NCBI RefSeq assembly: GCF_001194135.2
Contig: NC_068989.1
Coordinates: 2,652,244 to 2,716,243, forward strand
Reading direction: 5' to 3'
Length of the DNA: 64,000 nucleotides
Source: Octopus bimaculoides
Taxonomy: Eukaryota
In this document: positions 12,489 through 24,019 of the stretch, one piece after another
How positions within the stretch are numbered: position 1 is the first letter of the stretch
Layout of the letters: each line of letters begins with the position of its first letter
The notes under the pieces: model-generated
Databases searched by the model: none
What the model was told of the DNA's origin: nothing
What the model saw: the letters and a program-made list of their open reading frames with translations, nothing else
Made by a program: the position numbers and the translations under genes

Positions 12489-12802
12489 TACATTATTTAC
12501 ATTATTTACATTTGACGAATATTTGTCCTCATCTTGTTTGTTGTTAACACAACGTTTCGAGAATATGGCGTAGTGGTTAAGAGCGCGGGATACTAACCCC
12601 AAGATTCTGAGTTCGATTCCAGGCAGTGACCTGAATAATAATAATGATAATAATAATAATGATAATAACAATATCGAAAAATACCTTAGGAATGAGAACC
12701 CAGGTTCGAAATTTCCCCAAGGCACCTGATGAAAGCTGGAGGGTGTATCATCCGAAACGTTGTGTTAACAAGATTAAGACAAATATCCGTCTAATGTAAA
12801 TA
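12489..12802 (+). mobile_element. tRNA-headed element with Penelope-like hammerhead tail and an inverted tail copy upstream
   Basis: A-box TGGCGTAGTGG (12566), B-box GTTCGATTCC (12611), (AAT)n spacer, CTGATGA...CGAAACGTT core (12726-12761); 12504-12559 is the reverse complement of 12753-12801 apart from a small indel and a few mismatches. Confidence 0.75.
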
Positions 12803-13229
12803 TATTTCTTTTTAGGTACAACACTATATTGTAATAGGAAATAATATTGTGAAACTCACAGCATTTAAATGTTCCCCTCTTACCGGTCAGGAGTAAAACG
12901 GAAAACGGCGCTTAATCATTGTGTCTAAACTACCCAATGTTTTTCCTGAGTTTCGATGTGTCTGGAGAGAAATAATCTACTGTGGCTGTTTCTTCTCACT
13001 GCAATCGATCATCGCTACTCAGATTTGTTGACGAATAGGAATCGCAACAGACAACATTCAATACCCAAAAGTTAGGATTTTCAATCTCTACTAATTGATC
13101 TCTAGTTATTTTGTCCGTCACAGATAACATCCAAAAACCTACCAATCTGATGGTAGGTATTTTCTATAAATTCATACGAGATGTAAACAGCGGAAGTCAG
13201 TTAGAATGTTAAAACTTAGTGCACATGCA

Positions 13230-13330
13230 CAACAGAGTTCGAGGTCAATTTGTGCCACGCGGCTTTACCCTCTGTGCTTTAGGTTTGTTACTATAGCAAC
13301 AGTCCGGATATTTACTGATCAGACGACGTA
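13230..13330 (-). mobile_element. Probable mariner-like MITE end
   Basis: Minus strand starts TACGTCGTCTGATCAGTAAATATCCGGACT next to a TA run, which is TIR-like; assignment from recall. Confidence 0.45.
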
Positions 13331-13424
13331 TGTACATAAGTATATATGTATCTGTAAGTATACCTGCATATAAGTATGTACATATGCAAGTATTTATGTA
13401 TTTATAAATGTATGTACGCAAATA

Positions 13425-13469
<45 letters not shown>

Positions 13470-13804
13470 TCCATGTATTGAAATACAAACAAACAAGGCA
13501 CATTGCTCATAAACACGTATTTAATTGTTTCTTTCAAACACTAATTTTGTTCAGATACACAGAGCCACCGTGAAGAGACTAACAGGGATGTTTTCTTCGA
13601 TATTCTAACATCTAAAACGGCGACAGGAATCCTTTCGAATTATCTGATTGTATTAGCTGAAACTTGTTAGTTTAATCATCAGAATTTCAAAACGAGTTTG
13701 TTCTACAATCTCCCTGTTGACGTTACAACAAAACCCTTTTCAATTGTTTTCATTCCCGTTCACCTATTTTCACATCCTTCGTTGATTTGTAGATGTGATA
13801 ACTA

Positions 13805-14400
13805 AAATAACAAATGAAAGAAGTAAATACCTCTTTGGCTTTTATTGATATATTTAATCAAGATAACATTCCCTCTCAGTATTGATAACATAATCTCATC
13901 TATTTGGCAAATTGTTGATCTCTGTTGCGTAAAATTTTTCAGGCTTCGAAGTTAAGAAACACTGAATATCATTTTAACCCCTCCACAATTAATTAATTGT
14001 TCTCCCTCTAAATTAAGTTACAATGATCTGGAAAGACGTTCGTCAAACGGAGTAAGTACAGGAGAGTAAGGAGAATGAAGCCAAACGTCCCTATTTAGTG
14101 CCATAGTTAATCCCCCGCCTCGAGTCACCTGAGAGACGTGTGGTCTTGCATTATCGCGTAAAAGCAACATTTCTTTACGACTGACCAATGATGGATGTTT
14201 CTTCTGTAAATCTTTTGTACACAACTTCCAATTGACGCCAATACTTCTTAGCATTGATTGTTTCGTGTTGGTTCAAAGACTTCAGGATAGACAACGTTCT
14301 TCACATCTCACCAAACACGAAGCGTTACTTTTTATGAATGTATTTCTGGTTTGGGAACGGACTCTCCTTTTTCATTGGGTCGTAATCAATATCCCTTTTA
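13805..14400 (-). mobile_element. Mariner (DD34D-type) transposase remnant
   Basis: KVTLRVW*D...TINAKKY, LLLRDNARPHVS, HSPYSPVLTPFDERLSRSL, then SKPEKFYATEINNLPNR*DYV; same family as 5140-5500. Confidence 0.93.
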
Positions 14401-14419
14401 TTCTTTTATTCTTTTATTC

Positions 14420-14601
14420 GTTGCAGTTATTTGACAGTGGCCATGCTGGAGCACCGCCTTTCGTCGAACAAATTGATTCCAGGACTTACTCTTTGTAAGC
14501 CTAGAACTTATTCTATTGGTCTCTTTTGCCGAACCGCTAAGTTACGGAGATGTAAACACCCCAACATCGGTTGTCAGGTAATAGTGGGGAGACAAACACA
14601 G

Positions 14602-14610
<9 letters not shown>
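14420..14610 (-). mobile_element. Family B SINE 3' half
   Basis: GGCCATGCTGGAGCACCGCC...CCGCTAAGTTACGG...GGTTGTCA motif shared with 20620-20770 and 23640-23830. Confidence 0.85.
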
Positions 14611-14636
<26 letters not shown>

Positions 14637-15951
14637 TTNNNNNNNNNNNNNNNNNNNNNNNNNNNNNNNNNNNNNNNNNNNNNNNNNNNNNNNNNNNNNN
14701 NNNNNNNNNNNNNNNNNNNNNNNNNNNNNNNNNNNNNNNNNNNNNNNNNNNNNNNNNNNNNNNNNNNNNNNNNNNNNNNNNNNNNNNNNNNNNNNNNNNN
14801 NNNNNNNNNNNNNNNNNNNNNNNNNNNNNNNNNNNNNNNNNNNNNNNNNNNNNNNNNNNNNNNNNNNNNNNNNNNNNNNNNNNNNNNNNNNNNNNNNNNN
14901 NNNNNNNNNNNNNNNNNNNNNNNNNNNNNNNNNNNNNNNNNNNNNNNNNNNNNNNNNNNNNNNNNNNNNNNNNNNNNNNNNNNNNNNNNNNNNNNNNNNN
15001 NNNNNNNNNNNNNNNNNNNNNNNNNNNNNNNNNNNNNNNNNNNNNNATATATATATATATATATATACACACAGATAAATATACACGTGCACACACATAT
15101 GTATGCATATGATGTAATTAAGTCTACACAAACCCTTGATTTGTCTAAATGAAATATTTAGTAATTGAAAGGTTTCTATAAGTAATTAGAAAATAATTAA
15201 ATCTATAACAAAGTCTAATTTGAATTTAAATCAACGAAAAGAATTAATCTGTATTTCGGTTATATAATGAAAAACGTATTTTCTCTTTCTAGCCACACTT
15301 GTCGGTGTTTCATCGCCCACGTGAACCTTCACCTGAAGTTGAGTAAAGACAGATCGTCGTGAACGCAAAGTGTATGTAGCAGAAATGTTACGGGGTTGAC
15401 GCAAAGCGAGAGAAGCAAAGGGAGAGGGGATGGAGGGGTCAAAATCAGAAACCGGGGGAAAATGAGTAATTTCTGATTTCTTGTTATTTTCTCTCTACCT
15501 GTTTGGAATCATTACATTGCGAGTATTGCATCATCATTTTGCTTCGTTGCATCATCTTTAGGAGTAAAAATTGGTCAGCATTGCTGTTGTTGTTGAAGTT
15601 GAAAGAGTTTGGAACATAGTCAGGTGACAGGTAATGTTTTTTAAAGAAATTTTTCCTCAGCTTTGACCCGATTCTAATTGAGGTCGCTAACAAAAAAACT
15701 TTTGGTGTTTAACGATCTTTTCTATCTTGTTGAATCAAATTTGGTTATTTTTCTCGTACTAAGACAGACATACTCAAGCACACGCAGGAACAAGCACTCA
15801 CACAGACATATATTAATTTTACTAGCAAAATGGTCATAACGACTTCGACGTTTCGGATTTGTTTGTTTACTTTCATAGTAATTTGAATTTAACGTTAGCG
15901 TCTTATGAAGCTAAATTTATAAGTTCTAAAATTGTAGAAGAATTCGTTACT

Positions 15952-16025
15952 GGGCAGTTTAGCTTAATGGTAAAGCACTTGACGTGTAATCACAGGGATG
16001 TGCGTTCGAGTCTCATGGCTGGCCA
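15952..16025 (+). pseudogene. tRNA-Thr(TGT)-like pseudogene or SINE head
   Basis: Cloverleaf: GGCAGTT/GGCTGGC acceptor, GCTT/AAGC D-stem, anticodon loop CGTGTAA (G at position 33), T-loop TTCGAGT. Mismatches in acceptor, anticodon and T stems argue against a functional tRNA. Confidence 0.7.
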
Positions 16026-16139
16026 GTAACGTATTTTCTGCAATGTATGGATAATTTATCCTGATCACGCTATTTATTAGCATTATCACGCGTTTGAGAA
16101 TAAAAAAAATTATATATATATATATATATGTGATATACT

Positions 16140-16285
16140 TCTTTCAGACTCCGCCTAACAAATCCACTAATAAGGTTTTGATCGACCCGAGGTTATAGGA
16201 AAAAACACTTGCCAAATGTGGGACTGAACCCAGAACCAAGTGGGTGGGAAGCAAACCTCTAACCACACAGTCATGCCTGCGCCTA
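16140..16285 (-). mobile_element. Family B SINE head, degenerate
   Basis: GGGACTGAACCC...AAGCAA..CTCTAACCACAC matches the reverse complement of the B head. Confidence 0.8.
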
Positions 16286-16729
16286 AACATACACGAATAC
16301 ACACATTCATACTTATACAAACACAGTCGCACATATATGCGTGTATAAGTATATATATATATATATACGTGCATATACACATACATACATACAGGTGTGT
16401 GTGTATAAAGATAAATATCCACTCAATTCAGAAGTTTGGCTTCAACGTCAACCTACAAACCATGACATTTATGACATTAAAGCAGGTGTTTGCTCTAACA
16501 TTATCAAATTTTCTAAAATCACATTTTGAAACTAAAATTTATCTAATTCTCTTTGAACATCAAACATTATACAATTTTACAAGAGAAATGAAAAGAACGA
16601 CGAGAGGAACGTCAAGCCTATCATTCCTATCATTCCGTTTTGTCTTCAGCATTGTTGCCATCGTCATCGTCGTAGTTGTCATTCTAGTCATCGTAGCCAT
16701 GACTAATCGTTTGAAATTGTTTAAAATGT

Positions 16730-16888
16730 CGGCACAAGGCCCGCAACTTTAGTGGGGGGGGAGGGGTTAGTCGATTACGTCTACCCCAGGACACAAATGG
16801 CATGCTTATTTCATCGACCCCGAACGGTAGAAAGACAAAGTCGACGTCAGCGGAATTTAAACTCAGAATGTTAAGACAGACGATGCAT
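16730..16888 (-). mobile_element. Family A SINE, partial
   Basis: GGCACAAGGCC...ATCGACCCCGAA...GGAATTTAAACTCAGAA. Confidence 0.85.
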
Positions 16889-16923
16889 GAGAAGACGGAA
16901 TAAAATGAAAGAAAAAATGAAAC

Positions 16924-16954
<31 letters not shown>

Positions 16955-17274
16955 ATGTATAAATGTCTGTATATATATATTAACAAGGAGAAATTAAATA
17001 AATAGTTACGAGGGTAGCAAAAATTCACATAAGTACCAAAGATATTACGAATATTACAACCTACTTATAAAGGTAGAAATTCCAGGGTTAAGTGTAAAGG
17101 GTTGTAATTAGAATCGAAATCCAAAGGAACGAACCAAACGGACGAATAAAGTACAGCAACGAGCAACGAACTGCCACCAGTTTCTCTTGTATTCGAGCAG
17201 ACAAACACTCTCCTGTAACTGGGAATTAATTTGCTCACAATAAAGATACTCTGTGTTATGAAAATATACAATCA

Positions 17275-17297
17275 CTCGCTCTCTCTCTCTCTCTCTG

Positions 17298-17348
<51 letters not shown>

Positions 17349-17468
17349 CTTTCTCATTTTCTTTCACTGTTTGTCTGTCTGTCTCTCTCTTTCTGCCTAA
17401 CTCACTCTCACTCTCTCTCTTTCTCTCTCTTTTCTGTCTCTTTCTTTGTCTGTCTGGCTCTCTCTCTG

Positions 17469-17567
<99 letters not shown>

Positions 17568-17674
17568 GACTCTCTCCTTCTCTGTCTCTCTCTCTCTGTC
17601 TCTCTTTTTCTGCCTGACTCTCTCTCTCTCTCTCCCTCTCGCTCTTTGTCTCTTTATCTGTCTCTTTCTCTGTT

Positions 17675-17709
<35 letters not shown>

Positions 17710-17759
17710 GACTGACTCTCTCCTTCTCTGTCTGTCTGTCTCTCTCTCTCTTTTTCTGC

Positions 17760-17794
<35 letters not shown>

Positions 17795-17810
17795 TCTCGC
17801 TCTTTCTATC
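17275..17810. repeat. (CT)n-rich tract with an internal tandem duplication of a ~100-bp compound unit
   Basis: ctgactgactctctccttctctgtc...ttttctgcctgactc...ccctctc(tc)gctcttt occurs at ~17562 and ~17708. Confidence 0.9.
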
Positions 17811-18357
17811 TGATAAAGATTAAATGATACATAATCTGTGCATGATCTGTTAATACCAGTGGGAATATAAATCAAAGATCACTGTTTAATTTTGCAAGAC
17901 GAGATATGAAACATTGATAATAATCAACAAAAGCGATGCGATCATTTCCATCCGTCGTTCATTCAAGATGCCTTGTCAACATCCAAAAGGTTACGATGCG
18001 AACTTTCCCCGAAACTAAAAGAACTGATCTTTATAACAACACCTTTGAATCGTTTCTCTTTTTGTCTGTTCAATTGTAAAATATTAATTCCCTGCAGTTT
18101 GTCATGTTTTGACTCGTCGTTCAAGTGTCGTCCTTCGCAACCTAAGAAATCACAAACCTGATACACAAACTACAAAACAATCAGGATTTCTGCTGTGAAA
18201 ACCAATTCTATTGTTTTCAATTTGAAAATAACCTGTTAACAATGTAATTACGTTCGAATGTGTCTACTCTGTTACTTTCTATTTTCCATTTAAAATGTTT
18301 TTGATTTTTTTTTTTAATAAAAATACGAGATTAAAATTAAAATGTCTTCATATTCAT

Positions 18358-18712
18358 AAGGAGGCGCAGGTTTGGTTCTGTGATTAAGAAGTTCGCTTGG
18401 TAACCTTTAACTTTGCGTGTCACGTGGGACAAGTGCCTTAGCAAAGCCAACTGATACTTCGTGAGCCTGGTAGCCGGAAACTATGTGGAATCCCTCCGTA
18501 TATGTATGTCTCTTTATGTTTGTATTTGTTCCTCACCACCACTTGATAACTAGTGTTGGTTTGTTTACGTCCTCGTAACGAAGCGGTTCAGCAAAGCCAC
18601 CGATTGAATGAGTACTGGACTTTAAAATAAGTACGGTGTGCAATTTTTTTGGCTAAACCCTTCAAGGGGGTGTCCCAGCATGGCACAGTCCAATGAGTGA
18701 AACTAGTAAAAA
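18358..18712 (+). mobile_element. Family B SINE, near full length, degenerate
   Basis: Head remnant, central (TATG)n, tail TTTACGTCCTCGTAAC...CCCAGCATGGC. Confidence 0.8.
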
Positions 18713-18985
18713 ATGTGCACGAGATCGATGCTTACCTCTGGATGCAGCAGCGTTTGGTGAATGAGGAGCAAACTCCCACTACAAAAGTGTTCCCTACCCA
18801 TATGCAACCCGCATACCTAACGACTTCCAAGAATAAATGCATCGAAACATTCTCCAATAAAATGGCATGACAATCTAGACTGCTGACAGAAGCCCGTCGT
18901 ATATATATATATATATGTTTGTGTGCGAGTGTGATTGTTACTAGAAGATTAGGTATTTGTACATGCTATAAATAAAAAGATATGC

Positions 18986-19195
18986 TTTCTACTCTAAGCA
19001 CAAGGCCCGAAATTTTGGAGGAGGAGGCCAGTCGATTAGATCGACCTCAGCACGCAACTGGTACTTAATTTATCGACCCCAAAAGGATGAAAGGCAAAGT
19101 CGACCTCGGCAGAATTTGAACTCAGAACGTAAAGACAGACGAAATACCGGTAAGCATTTCGCCCGGCGTGCTAACGTTTCTCCCTGCTCACCGCC
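18986..19195 (-). mobile_element. Family A SINE, full length, low divergence
   Basis: Close match to the reverse complement of 32515-32730. Confidence 0.95.
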
Positions 19196-19801
19196 TTACA
19201 AAGTTACATAATCGCCATTACAATGTCATTGNNNNNNNNNNNNNNNNNNNNNNNNNNNNNNNNNNNNNNNNNNNNNNNNNNNNNNNNNNNNNNNNNNNNN
19301 NNNNNNNNNNNNNNNNNNNNNNNNNNNNNNNNNNNNNNNNNNNNNNNNNNNNNNNNNNNNNNNNNNNNNNNNNNNNNNNNNNNNNNNNNNNNNNNNNNNN
19401 NNNNNNNNNNNNNNNNNNNNNNNNNNNNNNNNNNNNNNNNNNNNNNNNNNNNNNNNNNNNNNNNNNNNNNNNNNNNNNNNNNNNNNNNNNNNNNNNNNNN
19501 NNNNNNNNNNNNNNNNNNNNNNNNNNNNNNNNNNNNNNNNNNNNNNNNNNNNNNNNNNNNNNNNNNNNNNNNNNNNNNNNNNNNNNNNNNNNNNNNNNNN
19601 NNNNNNNNNNNNNNNNNNNNNNNNNNNNNNNNNNNNNNNNNNNNNNNNNNNNNNNNNNNNNNNNNNNNNNNNNNNNNNNNNNNNNNNNNNNNNNNNNNNN
19701 NNNNNNNNNNNNNNNNNNNNNNNNNNNNNNNNNNNNNNNNNNNNNNNNNNNNNNNNNNNNNNNNNNNNNNNNNNNNNNNNNNNNNNNNNNNNNNNNNNNN
19801 N

Positions 19802-19837
<36 letters not shown>

Positions 19838-20300
19838 GCATATACATTTTTATATTTATATATGTGTATATGTACTTGCATATATGTATGAATGTATGTA
19901 TGTGTGTGTATGTGTGTAAATTTTTTTATACATTTGTAAACATGTTTATGCAGCAATTTATATGCATATATGTATATGGATGAATATGTATGTTTATATA
20001 TATATATGTATATATGTGCGTGTGTCTGTTTACATGCATGTATGTATACATGTACATATATACGTACGTATGTATATTTGAATGCATGTATGTATGCATG
20101 TATGCATGTATGTATGCATCTATGTGTTTATATATGTATGTATGTATATATGTATGTATGCATGTATGTATGCAGGCATGTATGTACACATGTACATGTA
20201 TATGCCTGTACATATATATTTATATGTATATACATTCGTACGCATGTATGTATGTGTGTGTGTTTGTATGCATGTACGTTTGCATGCATGCATGTTCATA
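19802..20300. repeat. Compound (AT)n/(TATG)n/(CATG)n microsatellite
   Basis: Read directly. Confidence 0.95.
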
Positions 20301-20594
20301 AAGATTAATTGGCATATGGTGAACGCAGTAAATTCTAAATTTATTTAAATTTTGCCCCAAGTAGAAGAAAAAAGCAGAACCCTGACAGACCGGAATGAAA
20401 GATGTGAATGGCATAAAATTAGGTAATTAAGGGGAAAAGGGAGAGAAATGAATGCCGGGTTTAATGAATTTTTAATTTATTCAAATCTGCCTCTAATTAG
20501 GTGAGAGAGAAAAAATCTTCTCAGGTTTATTCCCTAAGAGAACTTCCTTCTCTTCTTTTTTTCTGTTTCGGAAACCTTGAAAGTAACTCTTGTC

Positions 20595-20830
20595 TTTTTT
20601 CACTTGCTTTCGTCATCGGACTGCGGCCATGCTGTGGCATCGCCTTGGAGGATTTTTGTCAAACAAATCGACCCCAGTATTTATTTTTTAAGTTTGAGAC
20701 ACTTACTGTATCAGATCTTTTGCAGGACCGCTAAGTTACGGGGGCGTAAACAAACCAACGCCGGTTGTCAAACAGTGGATGGAAGGAAAGACACACGCTC
20801 ACACACACACACACACATACACACACACAC
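20595..20830 (-). mobile_element. Family B SINE 3' half and central (CA)n
   Basis: GACTGCGGCCATGCTG...CCGCTAAGTTACGGGG...CCGGTTGTCAA. Confidence 0.85.
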
Positions 20831-20834
20831 CATT

Positions 20835-21400
20835 ATCATCATCATTTTATGTCCGTTGTCCATGCTGGCATGGGTTGGACGGTTTGACCAGGGCTGATAA
20901 GCTGGAAGGCTGCACCGGGTTCCAGTCTGGTTTGGCATGGTTTCTACGACTGGATATCCTTCCTAATGCCAACCATTCTGAGAGTATAATGGGTGCTTTT
21001 ACTTTCCAGCGGCACGGGTGCCATTTGCGTGACACCACGTTGCTTTTACGTGTCACCGGCACGGGTACCAATTATGTGACACCTGTATCTGCCACGACTG
21101 TGACTTTGCTTGGCTTGATGGGTCTTCTTCTCAAGTACGACATAATGCCAAAGGTCTCCTTGAGACCCAACACTCGAAAGGGGCACAACCACTTTGCCTC
21201 CGTGAGGCCCAACACTCGAAAGGTGCTGTTTACGGTCTAGCGGCACGGGTGCCAGTTACGTGACACCAGCATCAACCACGACTACGATTTCACTTGACTT
21301 GATGGGTTTTCTCAAGCACAGCATATCACCAAAGGCCTCTGTAAGGCCCAAAGTTCGAAGATCATGCTTCAACACCTCGTCCCATGTCTTCCTGATTCTG
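20835..21400 (-). mobile_element. RTE-type LINE 3' end with internally duplicated C-terminus/3'UTR
   Basis: Minus strand RKTWDEVLKHDLRTLGLTEA..YAVLEKT, a second DLWHYVVLEKKT, three GGCACGGGT-CC motifs and an (ATG)n tail. Confidence 0.75.
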
Positions 21401-21414
21401 CCTCTCTATATATA

Positions 21415-21575
21415 TATGTATACGACGAGCTTCCACACAGTTTCCGCATACTAAATTCACTTATATTGATACTCATGAGGGGATAATAAAAGATGCTTGT
21501 TCAAGATGCAGCGAGCTAGGACTGAACCCGAAGCCACGTGGCTGCAGAGCAAGCTTCTTGACCACACAACCATCA
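21415..21575 (-). mobile_element. Family B SINE head, degenerate
   Basis: GGACTGAACCCGAAGCCACGTGG...AGCAAGCTTCTTGACCACAC. Confidence 0.75.
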
Positions 21576-21840
21576 CTGCACCTCAGTGATAAAATTAAAC
21601 GCAAAGCTGCAGATTAGAGGGTATACATTTTACATGTTGAAAAACAAAAAAGAAATAGATTAATTTGCATAATTACGGGAAATAACTGAAAGAGGTTAAT
21701 GACATGATATCGGATAATGAACTTTAAAAGGTGATAGAAAAACCTAGCAGTATTTTTTTTCCTTTTTTTTTTTAGCGAATCCCCAAAATAAAAAGGAAGT
21801 AATCAACAATTAATCTCTCGCGTTAATTTACTTGCTTGGA

Positions 21841-21982
21841 AAGCGGCGAGTTGGTAGAGTGGTTAGCACGCCGGGTGAAACGCTTAGCTGCATTTCATTT
21901 GTCTTTACGTTCTGAGTTCAAATTCTGCCGAGGTCGACTTTGCCTTTCATCCTTTCGGGGTCGATAAATTAAGTACCAGTTG
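21841..21982 (+). mobile_element. Family A SINE, 3'-truncated
   Basis: GCGGCGAGTTGG...GTTCTGAGTTCAAATTCTGCCGAGGTCGACTTTGCC. Confidence 0.9.
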
Positions 21983-22461
21983 AAAGCCTTCGATCATATA
22001 TCAGCTCAGTTCAGTGTTGATCAAGAATTAGACAACAATAACAACGATAAAGACTGGAAGCAGGAAAATAAACCAATTCTACTTGTCTCTGTTTATTCCG
22101 TTAGAAAACTTTTACGGTGTAAGTTGAGGCAAGTGATGTGACTTGTTAACATCTATCATATATTCCCCTCGTGAAAATTCGGTTGGCATCTGCTTAACAC
22201 GACTGAAACGGTCATTTAAAGTTGTGATATTTATTGACATTTTATGAAAATATTGACAGTTATTTATTTGAGAAGCTACATCAATGTGTTATGAAGTTTA
22301 GTTTGTTCTCCATGGAAATTATAAATAATGAAAATAAGAAATATATTCATACAGAATGAAGATATATAAGTAAATATAAGGCACGCGCAGGACTTTTCTA
22401 TTTATAAGTATAGTTTATATGTGAATTTGCCAAACTGTTTATGTGTATATATATATGGGGG

Positions 22462-22496
<35 letters not shown>

Positions 22497-23449
22497 NNNN
22501 NNNNNNNNNNNNNNNNNNNNNNNNNNNNNNNNNNNNNNNNNNNNNNNNNNNNNNNNNNNNNNNNNNNNNNNNNNNNNNNNNNNNNNNNNNNNNNNNNNNN
22601 NNNNNNNNNNNNNNNNNNNNNNNNNNNNNNNNNNNNNNNNNNNNNNNNNNNNNNNNNNNNNNNNNNNNNNNNNNNNNNNNNNNNNNNNNNNNNNNNNNNN
22701 NNNNNNNNNNNNNNNNNNNNNNNNNNNNNNNNNNNNNNNNNNNNNNNNNNNNNNNNNNNNNNNNNNNNNNNNNNNNNNNNNNNNNNNNNNNNNNNNNNNN
22801 NNNNNNNNNNNNNNNNNNNNNNNNNNNNNNNNNNNNNNNNNNNNNNNNNNNNNNNNNNNNNNNNNNNNNNNNNNNNNNNNNNNNNNNNNNNNNNNNNNNN
22901 NNNNNNNNNNNNNNNNNNNNNNNNNNNNNNNNNNNNNNNNNNNNNNNNNNNNNNNNNNNNNNNNNNNNNNNNNNNNNNNNNNNNNNNNNNNNNNNNNNNN
23001 NNNNNNNNNNNNNNNNNNNNNNNNNNNNNNNNNNNNNNNNNNNNNNNNNNNNNNNNNNNNNNNNNNNNNNNNNNNNNNNNNNNNNNNNNNNNNNNNNNNN
23101 NNNNNNNNNNNNNNNNNNNNNNNNNNNNNNNNNNNNNNNNNNNNNNNNNNNNNNNNNNNNNNNNNNNNNNNNNNNNNNNNNNNNNNNNNNNNNNNNNNNN
23201 NNNNNNNNNNNNNNNNAAATATATATATACTTAATATACATGTCTCTGTGTGTAGAATGTATATTTTGTTTTCCAAATATATTTTATTTCATCCAAAACA
23301 CTTGGTAGTATATTGTATAAGGAGAAATATATGATGTAGGAAATGGGGGAGTCGCTAGAGTGTCGTTTAGAATTTTTTGCGGTTTTGGTTCCGTTACTCA
23401 GTGATCTGAGTTGAAATCTCATCAAGACCAACGTTATCTTTCTTCCTTT

Positions 23450-24005
23450 CGTAGCTGTGTAGTATGAAGTTTGCCTTTCAACAACGTAGTTCTAGGTTCA
23501 GTCTCACCGCGTGACACTTTGGGCAAGTGTTTTTTTACTATAGCTTCGGTCCAACCAAAGCCGCGTGAGTGGATTTAGGAGGCGGAAACTAAAAGAAACC
23601 CATCGTATAAATATATATAAGTATGTATGTGTCTTTGTGTCTGTACCCCAATTACCACTTGGCAACCGACATTGGTGTTTTACGTCCCCGTAACTTAACG
23701 GTTCGGCCAAAACAACCGATAGAATAAGTGCCAAGCTTTTTTTAAAAAATAAGTACCGAGTCGATTCGTTCGACTAAGATTCTTTGAAGGTGGTGCTCCA
23801 GCATGGCCGCAGTCTAATTACTGAAACAAGTAAAAGATAGGCGTAGCTGTGTAGTAAGAAGCTTGCTTCCTAACCACATGGTTCCGGGTTCAATCCTACT
23901 GCGTGGCACCTTAGAAAAGTGTCTTCTAACATAGCCTCGAGCCGACCAAATCCTTGTGAGTGGATTTGGTAGACGGAAACTGAAAAGAAGCCCATTGTAT
24001 ATATA
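23450..24005 (+). mobile_element. Full family B SINE followed directly by a second B head
   Basis: Head with GGTTCAGTC B-box, central (TA/TATG)n, tail ending GAAACAAGTAAAAGA, then a new head GGCGTAGCTGTGTAGTAAGAAGC at 23840. Confidence 0.9.
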
Positions 24006-24019
24006 AATATGTATATATA

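Noticed and set aside
17973-18161. MSTSKRLRCELSPKLKELI resembling a pogo/CENP-B N-terminus
   Set aside because: Similarity is too short and weak to support without a search.
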